From assembly GCA_963516485.1 (NCBI GenBank), contig CAUQBS010000004.1, positions 869 through 64,868 of the forward strand: a stretch of 64,000 nt of DNA. Reading direction: 5' to 3'. Position 1 is the stretch's first letter; each line of letters starts with the position of its first letter. Source of the stretch: an uncultured bacterium (GTDB lineage: Bacteria > Patescibacteriota > Gracilibacteria > Absconditabacterales > Absconditicoccaceae). The position numbers were made by a program, and so were the translations under genes. The notes under the pieces were generated by a model. The model was not told the origin of the DNA, did not search any database, and worked only from the letters and a program-made list of their open reading frames with translations. Below are positions 54,656 through 64,000 of this stretch, in pieces.

Positions 54656-57085
54656 TTATCTTTGCAATAGAGATGGTTCTCTTTTCTCAAGTTTTTCTAG
54701 CTTACCTCCTCGCTCCAGCATATCAAAATCACTTCCTCTCTCAAACCTCCTCAAAAGAAGATTATCATTAGCATCTGGATAGTTTTTATTGAAACTTACA
54801 TGATGAGTAGGAGTATATTGGTGTGCTTCCATAAAGACTCTAAAACTTTTCTCTGGCTGGTGAGTAAAGTGAAGCCTTGCATAAGGCTCAAATTCTTCAT
54901 CAAACTTGAAGCTAATACCATACACATATCCTTTTTCAAACTCTGGTAGCCAGTACTCCAAAAAGTCAGCTTTTTCTTTTGTATTAAAATTCATCTTATT
55001 AAGCTTATTATTGAGGAAGAATTCAATATCTTCTGCTGCGACAGACCATCAGCGTGTATTATTTTGATAGTTAGGTCGCAAAGTAGAGTAGTACAAATAA
55101 GGGAAAATCTGACCATCTACAGAGATACTGCTTTGTTCATCAGTTGTGAACTTCCAAGTCCTGCTCTGATCCTCAAAGTCAGGAATCACTTTAGTAAAGC
55201 GGCTCTTCTCTGGGAGTGTTACTGTGAGCGAGTTCTCCCTTTTTAGTTTATCATAGGTATATACTACAGGTTTGCAGCCAGCTCCACCGTTAGAAAAGGT
55301 CTGTCCCTTTGCTGGATAGAGATAGTAATATCCCTTCATAGGGGCTTGCTTAATACTAAACAGTGGAAGAATTTTTTTATTGAACTTAAAGTCTGTACTA
55401 TAGTGTCATTCTTTGATAATCGTATCTAGCTTTTTCTCTTTATCCTCATCAAAGAAGACCATACCATGAAGCATTTTCCTTGGGCTCCACCAATCTGGTT
55501 TTTCTCAACAGATATCTTCGAGTTCTATTCCTAGATGGATTTGTCCGAGTTGAGTACAGATAATTTCTCTTGTCTGTTCAAGATCTATGAGGTTGCCAGC
55601 TTTATCGAGCTTGAGATTTCATGAAAAAGGGAAGATATTTTCAGGATTTTCTTGTTTGTTTTTTCTCCAGTTTTGATTTGTATATTGGATATAGAGCTGC
55701 GGAATATCCTTGAAATGAACTAAATAGGTAGCATAGATAACTCATGATTCCCTGATTTCCTTTGTAATATATTCAATCATTTCATTTTCGCTTTGAAAGG
55801 GTGCAGGTATATACACAATAGCTCAGTACTCATTTGATATTTCGTATCCAAATGCTGTATAGTGATTCAGAGGCATCAGCGTGTAGGTTTCTCCGAAGAT
55901 AGTTAGAGCTTTAGAAAGCTGAAATCATGTCGCTCACTCAATATGTTGATAAACAGTATTCGTCAAACACCCTTTATTAAGTGACTGCTGAATTGTCCCT
56001 ATTGATGAGTGAATAACAATATCAATATCCATCGCCATTAAACCATTATTAATAGTAACAGCGGTCCCAGAGTCTTGATGTTGAAGAATTGTGAAATCTG
56101 ATTCTTCTTCTGGATTTTCAAACTTTTGGAGGATCCATCACTTGTATTCGTATGCTGGATATCTTGGATCTAAACAAACACTACCAATGCATTGCTCCTC
56201 TGTATAACCAAAATGGTCATACTGAAGTTCATCAAAACTTATTGTTGCAATAGGAATGAGTTCTTCCTTTCAATTTTCTTCATTGATTACAGATATTCCT
56301 AGTTTGAACTTCGAATCCTTACCTATACCTCTCATAAAAAACTGCTGTTTTTTTATCATATCATATGCTGCACCTTGTGCGTCTGTAGACCAAATATCAT
56401 AGTGTTCGTTTGTTCCTTCATTCTCAAAGCGATAATACCTCGATCCATCGAAATTAAAATCTTTGAGCACAAGACCATGATCTCGCACTAGAGTTCATTC
56501 TTTTTCCCCTTTAACTCGTTCTATAGTGAATTGTGGTGGTTTTGCCTTATTTGCTAGAGGAGTTTGAGTTCAGATTTTTTTAAGATTTCCAGTCCCTAAG
56601 GCAAACATTTCAATAATTGTATTTTGCTGCTTCTTCTCTAGGGGAAGATTTTTCAAGAGAGTATTGACCAATGAATTCGTATTTTGGTCAGGATGATATT
56701 GAGGATCTTCTGGGATAGTTTCTTTATCAGTGCTATGATAGCTGATTCCATCTCGGTAACAGTACGTCCAAGGAATCTCAGATCCAGAAGTCGGTGGTTG
56801 AACTCCTCGTTTTCCATCTGGAGACAAGGGACGATTATTGTTTTTCTCAACACATTCCTTGAAATTCAATGGTCGAGAAACGAGGTTTCTATCTAGACCT
56901 TCTCAAATTTGATTAGCATCTTTCTGATTTCAAAAAAAATCTGACGAATTCACGGCTCCAGTCTCTGATCAGATTGTTTGCTTCTCTGTATCAGATGAGG
57001 ATAATTTTCAGCAGGCAGTCAAAAACACTATCGCCAAGAGACAAAAAGAAAGAAAAATCAGATTTTTTATTCAGCTTTTTTTCAT
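54656..57085 (-). CDS. large lipoprotein (809 aa), hypothetical
   Basis: MKKS[TGA]IKNLIFLSFCLLAIVFLTAC is a lipobox. One frame joins track ORFs 54656, 55049, 56270 and 56570 through about 17 TGA. Confidence 0.65.
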
Positions 57086-57145
57086 AATCTTCTTGAGAAA
57101 AAAATAAAGATATTCGCTATCTTACCCTTTCTCAATAAGAAAGCA

Positions 57146-57173
57146 ATCAAAAAAGACAGTTAAATAACTGTCT
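57146..57173 (-). terminator. intrinsic terminator overlapping the NlpC/P60 stop codon
   Basis: Minus sense: GACAGTTA-TTT-AACTGTC followed by TTTTTT. Confidence 0.6.
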
Positions 57174-58182
57174 CATTTGTAGTTGTTTCGCTATCTATCT
57201 TTGCGATAGTATTCTCAGATTTTTTCGCGTTTTCTGCGAGCTGATGATAGTAGCTTGGTCTTCAGAATTTACGATAGGGAGTGATTTCTCTGATCCTGTA
57301 TCATACTCCAGCCTTCCCAATTTTGTTTCCATCCGCATCCATTGCATCCCTTCCTTTTGCTGAACCGATTGTTTTGACATACCATTTCCCGTTTTCCTGA
57401 TATGGCTCTCAGAGTGTCATCTCGATATGGTAAATATCGCTATGCTTGTTTGCTCACGGTTTACTCTTCCAAAACATAAAATCTCCAGCCTTAACTGCCT
57501 CTTTATCAATTTTTTGATTGGAGTCAAAAAAGGTTTTTGCACTAGGACGATAATCAAATTTGATACCTTGCTTTTTAAATGCATACATCCAGAGACCAGA
57601 ACAGTCAAAGCCTCATCTTTCAGCACTACCTCATCGTCTATATGGTTTTCCGATCTGGCTTTTTACAGTATCAAGAACTGAGGTAATGTAGGGGGCCTCA
57701 ATCTGATTTTTTTCTTCTTGAATGGAAATAAGCTCCTGAGTAAACTGTAGATTCTGTGATTTAAATGTTTTTAACGCTTCTGCTGTTTCCTTTCCCCATT
57801 TCCCATCAATCTTTTTCTCACTCACTTTCCCATTTGCATCAGGTTGATAGGCTCCTTTCAAAAAGAGAAAAAGCTGAAGCATCGCCACGTTCTCAGGCGT
57901 TCTTCTTTGAGAAGATTGCTCAATCCCTGTAAAATCAATTTCAGATTTTAGCCTTGTAAGCATCTGTTCAGTATGGGCATAGAGAGGTTCCTGAGCGAGC
58001 TGGTTTTTTAAGATATCAAGAGTGGTGCCTTGCTGACTTTTATGCTCAGGAGAAAAATCCTTCTCCAGCTTGGTCTCCATAGTTTTTAGTGAGTAAGCTA
58101 GTGATTGAAGTTCAGCTTTTTCTCTCTGTTCTAGCGAGGTATTTCTGTCTTCTATAATATCTTCTGGCTTTGTAAATACCAT
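57160..58182 (-). CDS. cell-wall hydrolase: peptidoglycan-binding domain plus NlpC/P60 endopeptidase domain
   Basis: PENVAMLQLFLFLKGAYQPDANGKVSEKKIDGKWGKETAEALKTF (PG_binding_1-like), then RR[TGA]GSAER[TGA]GFDCSGLWMYAFKKQGI...AGDFMFW...HSDIYHIEM (NlpC/P60 Cys/His). Confidence 0.8.
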
Positions 58183-58215
58183 CTTCTAGGTAAATAAAAA
58201 AGTAAAAATCTGATT

Positions 58216-59316
58216 TTATGCTGCTTTTGATTCAGAGGTGTCTTGAGATTGAGTAGTCGGCCTTTTATAGTTTAAGACATCAAGCTGTTTCGGTTTTGGA
58301 GCATTAGGAGCTGAATTAGCAATGATTTTGTTGATATAAGTTCAGATTGTCGCATTCTTACCGATCTTGAAATCGTAATCTTTCCTCTTATAGGCTTTCT
58401 TGCCCGCATATCCTCCTAGATTAAATGCTGCTGCTTCTCAAATATCATTGTTGCAAAATTTCAACAGTGAATGCTCATATTCAGTAGTCACATGTGTTGC
58501 AAACTCATAATCAGTTAGAATTCTCTTGACGAAGCGTTGAAATGATGCAAAGTCCTTCTTATATTCTGTCCCAGTCTCGTCAATCCATTTAGGGAGTTCT
58601 TTCCCTAGTCTTTCCTGCTTAAAAAATCAATACAGTGCCCCAGAGTCCTTCTCACCTCTGACTACCCATCCATAAATACCGAAGGTCCCTCTGATATCTT
58701 CTGGCTTAACATCGGTATAATCAAGAGGACCTCATTTTTGATGTCTTCTCATACTGAACTCTCCCCCAAGCTCTGCCTCAGCAAATCCTGTCGAGTCAGG
58801 GTTATTTTTTTTAACTTCATTGATAAACTTTTGTTCTCAAGGAGATCTCTTGAGGATCTCAGCTTTATAACAGGCATCCTCCGTTTTTTTACCTCGTTTC
58901 CCATCGATATTTCTGGAACTTTCCACATCCACTTTCGTTCACTCAGCATAGGCTCCTTTCAAAAAGAGAAAAAGCTGAAGCATTGCCACGTTCTCAGGAG
59001 TTCTTTTTGCCGGATTTTTTGCGATCTCCTCCAAATTAAATTGACTTTTGATGCTTTCAATTGTTCTTTGCTTATAAGATTCCCAGTTGGATTGGCTTAC
59101 TTGGGATTTTAGCTGAGGTAAAGGTCAGATCTTTTTCTCTGAGTCAGGCATTCAGTTCTTTTTTTCTTGTGAATTGAGATTTTTGTTAAGATAGATCTTA
59201 ACCTTGTCTCATATCTGATTAAGCTGTTTAGCAAAACTTTGGAGCTGTGACTTCTCCTTTTTGTTGAGTGTGTTATCTTTATCCTGAAGGATATTTTCTG
59301 GAGTTAAAAACGGCAT
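58216..59316 (-). CDS. peptidoglycan-binding-domain protein with unknown C-terminal domain
   Basis: 366 aa. TPENVAMLQLFLFLKGAYAE[TGA]TKVDVESSRNIDGKRGKKTEDA is a paralogue of the PG-binding module of the downstream gene. The DNA at 58950-59005 is nearly identical to 57850-57905. Confidence 0.55.
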
Positions 59317-59327
59317 TTTCTCAATCT

Positions 59328-59660
59328 TTATTTTACTAAAAGTTGTTCTTCCAAAAGCTTGTCTGCGTCAGCTTTTTCCTGTTTTTCGATAGCTTGAATT
59401 TGCTCTAAATACTGCTTAAACCTTGATATCTTTGAATTACTTTCCTCAACTGCAAGCTGATAGTAGTCTTTAATCATTCAAAAAAGCATTGATTTTAGTT
59501 GAGATCTCTCACTTCCCGCACAGGAGCTTCGCGTCTGAGCAAGTGCTAAAAAATGAGGATTGCTTTCTGAAATATGATCTAAAAGTAAGGTCATCTCTTG
59601 ATCTGTAAGCGGTATCTCCTTTTGAATACTTGCTGTTTGTGATATCATGATCAGGATCAT
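59328..59660 (-). CDS. small hypothetical protein, first gene of the cell-wall hydrolase operon
   Basis: 110 aa, one in-frame TGA. Ends 11 nt before the next start codon. Confidence 0.4.
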
Positions 59661-59810
59661 AAATATAAAGTCCTACCTTAAGTATATTCAAAATTTAAAA
59701 AAGAGCAAAAAAAATCTGATTTTTTTTGTAGAATATAGAGGAGTACTCTTTATTTCAAAAAAATAAAAAAAAGTCCTCAGTCTGAGAACTTTTTTTATTT
59801 ATCATAACAT

Positions 59811-61886
59811 TTAATCATCATAGCCTTCAAGATCTACCTCGGTAATAATACCTCTTTTGAGCTCTACCTTTACCCTTCCGAGTACAAAATCTCTTGCAGG
59901 CGGCATATCGATATCATCTTGTTCAGTAACACGGATGGTTTCACCTCTTTGTCTCGCAAGAGATTGAGCCTCAGCAAGAGTTTTCCCAAGATATGCCCTT
60001 TCAGCAGCATATTCTCTAGCTTTAGGAGAAAGATTTTGAGTATTTTGAACTGCTGGAGTAGTATTTTGTGAAGCTGTTGTTGTATTAGATTTTTGGCGAG
60101 GAGTTTGCGCTACTGTGTTAACAGCAGGAGCAGTAGCTCTTGCTTGTTGAGCAGCAGCTTGATTGAATTGCTTTTCTCCCTCAATATCAACATCAATAAT
60201 TACTTCATTTCTCAGTTCAGCCTTAATTCTTCCAAGAACGAAATCAGTTGCAGGTGGCATATCGATGCCATCTTGTTCAGTTACACGAATAGTCTCACCT
60301 CTTTGTTTAGCAAGAGCTTGAGCAGCAGCAAGTGTTTTTCCAATATAGACTCTTTCAGCTTCCCTTTCTTTCGCATCAGCATAGTCGTAGAATCCTTCAT
60401 CATAGTTTGGATCAAAAGTCTGAATTGCTTGAGCTGTAGATTGCTGGTCAGAGGCTCATGAGGGTAGACTCTGAATATTTTGAGCTTGGTCATCAGTCGT
60501 AATTTGGTCTTCTGAAGAAGGATATTGTGGTTCAACTACCCTAGGAATTGTATCTTTGCATACTCGTCTATTAGAGTTTGTCTCAAAAAAGAGAACATCC
60601 TTATTTAAACATTCATACCATCCAGAGTCCTTCATATCAATGGAATATCTTGAGGAAATGTTATCAGATAGTCCAAGTGTAGAATTTTTATAGTTGATTA
60701 TCATATCTTTTGGAACTGAGATTACAACATGTCTCTGAGCACCAACAAATGGAACAAGAGATGAGAATATCTGTGGGGGAAAATGAATAGATAATTCTGA
60801 ATTCTCTTTATCGAATTTAGACTGAACTGGAGAGAGTTTTGAAACTATTGTTTCAGGATTTTCATTGATAGGGAGGAACTCGGTCTCTACCCATGCACTA
60901 ATGGTATCATTTTCTGATGCAATGAATTGAATATGCTCAGCTCGTCAAAACCTTCCTTCTATCCCAAAAAACCAACCTCCATAGGTCCCAAGTGGAGAAA
61001 GATATCTCTTTACATCAGAATCAACAGTGATCTTCAGATTTTTTCAATCTATTTTTTCATTAGATAGAAGTTGGGTTTTATGTTCTATGTGGTTAGTCCC
61101 TAAAATCTGGAATCATTGATTTGCCCCAAGAATTCCTCCAATCACTCAGCTAAGTAAAAGGGTAACAAGAGCTGTTAAAATAATTCATTTCCTAAACCAC
61201 TGCTGTTTAAAGAGTGCTCCTAGCGAAGCAATAAGCAAAATACTCAATGCTGCCATACCGACTCAAGCAACTGGATAGAATCGAGGAAGAACCCATTGTA
61301 CTACCTGACCACTAATTGTTGGGAAGCTCGAAAATAGGGTTATAGCCATTACTCCTCAAAGAAAAAGCCCTCCGAGAGTAAACAAAATCATCAACCAAAG
61401 TCCAATTCTAACTAGCTCAAAAAACAGATTTCAGTTTTTTCATGTTGTTTGTCCTTTATCTTTGAATGGTACAAACAGTGCTAAAACTGGATATACCCAG
61501 ACAGATAGCCCCCAGAAAGGAATAGCAATAAGAAAGAATAGACGAACCCACATCACAGGGATATTTAATGATTTTGAAATCCAATAGCAAACTCCCCAAA
61601 TCTGAGGTCTATTTACACCAAACCATCTCTGAAAAAGGTTGGAAGGCTCAGAGTTTTCTCCCATTTCACTCATATCTCTTCAGTCAAAGATAGCCTCAGG
61701 TTCTCAAATGTTCTCCGCAAGATTCATTACAAATGCTTCTTTGATTGGTGTTGGACTAGTGTAGAGCTTCTCAATAATGTTATATTTGATATCTTCAAGA
61801 ATATCTTTGCTAATCTCTTGTTCCTTTGCATAGGTATCAATACGATTCACATAGCTTTCTAGAAAAGAATAAGCACGATCTTCCAT
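59811..61886 (-). CDS. membrane sensor-like protein: HAAS/DUF1700-like N-terminus, PspC domain, multi-TM region, beta-rich ectodomain, two I78-inhibitor-like repeats
   Basis: 691 codons in one frame, checked codon by codon from 61440 to 60702, with no TAA or TAG. N-terminus ...LAENI[TGA]EPEAIFD (the HAAS LGxPeeia pattern). PspC domain WGVCYWISKSLNIPVMWVRLFFLIAIPFWG. C-terminal tandem repeats GKTLA.AQ.LA.QRGETIRVTEQD.IDMPPA.DFVLGR.K.EL. Confidence 0.6.
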
Positions 61887-61953
61887 TTGGAAAATATGTC
61901 AAAGTAGTTTATAGGTTTTCATCTGTCTTTTTTCAAGAAATAAAAGTAAATAC

Positions 61954-62274
61954 TTAATGATCTACACTTTTTACTGTGTCTGCAAGTCCTTTCCGAGTAT
62001 TCCTCATAATTTCAAGTGCTCATTCTCCTTTCTGACTTAGACGATAATATTTTCTAGGTGGTCATTGAGGAGACTCTACTCGAGAATAACTCAGAAGCTC
62101 TTCAGTCTTTAGTCTGGAGAGAAGGGGATACAAGGTGCCTTCAACAAGGAGGAGATTATGCTCCTTGAGCGTCGTAATGATATCGGACGCATAGACCTCT
62201 CACTTTGCAATGATAGCGAGAATAATATACTCTAGTACCCCCTTTTTCATCTGTGTGGTAATTTTATCTTCCAT
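61954..62274 (-). CDS. PadR-family transcriptional regulator
   Basis: MKKGVLEYIILAIIAK[TGA]EVYASDIITTL...VEGTLYPLLSRLKTEELL...PQ[TGA]PPRKYYRLSQKGE. Confidence 0.8.
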
Positions 62275-62304
62275 TACATAACAAAGAAGTATATAAAAAA
62301 TGGT

Positions 62305-62321
62305 ACTATGTATCACATAGT
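62305..62321. promoter_or_regulatory. inverted repeat ACTATGT-ATC-ACATAGT, candidate PadR operator
   Basis: Perfect 7-bp arms containing ATGT/ACAT half-sites, 31-47 nt upstream of the padR ATG at 62274 (minus strand). Confidence 0.4.
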
Positions 62322-62474
62322 AGTGTATAAAAAAAACAAGCAAAAGCAAGAGATTTTTTACATCAAAAATCAGGCTTTAAAACTACTATTTCTTTCAGAG
62401 AAGAAAAATCATGCTATAAAATGATAATAAAAAAAAAGAGAAAAATCAGACTTTTCTCTTGTTACTCGATCTCA

Positions 62475-62497
62475 GAAAAACTCCTCAAAAGAGGGGT
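62475..62497 (-). terminator. intrinsic terminator after the aminopeptidase gene
   Basis: Minus sense: CCCCTC-TTTT-GAGGAG followed by TTTTT. Confidence 0.65.
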
Positions 62498-62503
62498 TAA
62501 ATG

Positions 62504-63742
62504 CTATTGAATATTCCACTTCCCATATTCAAAAAATCTGACTTCTTCTCAATTCTCTCTGATTCCAGTAATGCTCAGTTTCTCATTCCCAACCATAAAA
62601 TCTACATGAATCAAGCTCTCGTTCATTCCAGCTTGATCTCTTTGATCTGCGTTCATAGCTTCTCCATTTGCAATCGTGTCAGGATATGAACTTCCCAAAG
62701 CAAAGTGGCAACTCGCATTTTCATCAAAGAGGGTATTAGAATAGATCAATTTTGATTCATATATAGGAGAGTTGATAGGTACAATCGCTACTTCTCAAAG
62801 TCTTTTGGCTCACTCATCAGTCTCTAAAAGTGCTTTTAAACTTTCGTATCCTTCTTCAGCTCAAAAATCAATAACCTTCCCTTTCTCAAATTTGAGCCAA
62901 AATTTATCAATCATCTTTCCATTATGTTCGAGAGGAAGTGTTGATGAAATGATCCCATCTACCTCATATTTATGCGGTGCAGAAAAGACCTCTTCAGTTG
63001 GTAAATTAGGACAAAAGCTGATTCCATCACGAGTAGTCGTATTCCCAGCACATATCCAGCGATGTCCTTTGGGTAATCCAACCATTAAATCAGTATTTTC
63101 TCCTTGATAATGGAGTGTTGTAAACTGTTGTGAGTTGAGATATTCGGCATATTGATTGAGGTTTTTGATATGATTTTCCCAGGCTCAGAGTGGATCTTCT
63201 TGGTCGACTCTCACAAGATGAAAAATCTGATTTCGGAGTTTTTGTATATTTTCTTCGGTATTCTCTGACTCATAAATATGATTTGCTCGACCAACAGTCG
63301 GAATCGCTGCAATCGTCCAGTTGGTCCAGTTTTCAGAGATAAGCTTACGATATTCGTATTTGGATTTTGCTTGTGCCTGCATGAGGCGAGAAACCTTTTT
63401 GGGATCAACCTCCTTCAAGAGTTCAGGATCCTGCATGTAGAGACTCAGCTGTGCACAGTTATTTTTTAGCTCATGGACATAGCCATCTTCTATCCACTGA
63501 GGCACAGTATCAAAAACCTCCTCAGGAGCATACTGGTATTTAATAAGGTCTAGTTCTTCATTTCCCCGCCTATAAAAAATCTCTTTTGCTCAAGCCTGAT
63601 ATGCAGCCTTGGCAATGAGCTTCACAAATTCGACTGCCTCCATTGGCGCCTTGATCAAAAGGTTTTGCCCCTTTTGGAGGTTAAGTCAAAATCATACAAT
63701 AAGTTCAGCATATTCTTTTTGCATTTGTTCAAAAGTTTTCAT
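62504..63742 (-). CDS. aminopeptidase, M29 (AmpS/PepS) family
   Basis: 412 aa after read-through. Motifs FDENASCHFALGSSYP and GMNESLIHVDFMVG are M29 signatures. Confidence 0.8.
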
Positions 63743-63766
63743 TTCTTTTTTCATACAATATAAATA

Positions 63767-64000
63767 CTATTTTCTTCCAAAGTCAGCAGGAATTTCTCAC
63801 CATTCTTCAGTTTTTCGCTTGAGGATTTGAGTCTCATAACTATTCTCTGAAAGCCACTGCTCAGCTCTTTTTATAAGCTCAAAAAGTTTCTCAGTTTCTG
63901 CCGTATGTAGAAGATTTGTTTTGCATTTTCCCTCGTGTACCCAATTTATGGCAATTTTTGAGTCAGAGTACAGGTTATAATCAGATTTTTTCTCTTTTAG
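63767..64000 (-). CDS. C-terminal part of an RNase H-like protein (N-terminus outside the window)
   Basis: ...SDSKIAINWVHEGKCKTNL...ILKRKTEEW[TGA]EIPADFGRK-TAG. The WGEIPADFGRK tail recalls bacterial RNase H1-domain proteins. Confidence 0.45.

Noticed and set aside
1-64000. Apparent massive pseudogenisation: most conserved genes appear as strings of short ORFs in the supplied track.
   Set aside because: All breaks are TGA codons, they fall at conserved glycines, and the fragments are always in the same frame. This is stop-codon reassignment, not gene decay.
1-64000. Translation table 4 (UGA = Trp, Mycoplasma-like) as the explanation for in-frame TGA.
   Set aside because: TGA aligns with invariant Gly in Walker A loops, GxGxxG, LSGGQ-type and KCYGGD motifs. 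Trp is implausible at these positions.
1-64000. CRISPR arrays, rRNA genes, transposases or IS elements.
   Set aside because: No regularly spaced direct repeats, no rRNA-like conserved stretches, and no transposase or integrase motifs were seen on either strand.

Overview
AT-rich 64-kb chromosomal window. It appears to come from a bacterium that reads UGA as glycine (translation table 25, as in Gracilibacteria/BD1-5 and Absconditabacteria/SR1). The supplied ORF track treats TGA as a stop, so most genes look shattered. Reading TGA as Gly restores about 70 full-length single-frame CDS, and all coordinates below come from that manual re-translation.

Content is mostly housekeeping:
- Translation and secretion: secE-nusG-rplK-rplA, rpsP, rpmG, prfA, secG.
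- Replication and repair: mutS, comM, dnaE, ndk.
- Other: an archaeal-type AMP phosphorylase, three tRNAs and a candidate reduced RNase P RNA.
- Envelope genes: type IV pilins, an SLH protein, an L,D-transpeptidase, NlpC/P60, lipoproteins and a flippase.

Most notable observations:
1. A very AT-rich accessory island at about 35.7-39.4 kb, next to the candidate rnpB and tRNA-Arg. It carries an overlapping three-gene operon (SMEK-like protein, small helical protein, coiled-coil ABC ATPase) that resembles the computationally predicted ABC-three-component (ABC-3C) conflict systems. Its ATPase gene and the following zinc-ribbon gene are each broken by a 1-nt frameshift in a poly-A run.
2. lepA is cleanly split at the G-domain/domain II boundary into two separately translated genes about 28 kb apart, in permuted order.
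3. dnaE lacks the whole N-terminal PHP domain.
4. An A-tract/TCWGA/T-tract palindromic motif marks nearly every intergenic region.
5. A 1524-aa ORFan sits upstream of secE.
6. Likely highly expressed genes contain no TGA-Gly codons.

All family assignments come from my own motif recognition. No searches were run.
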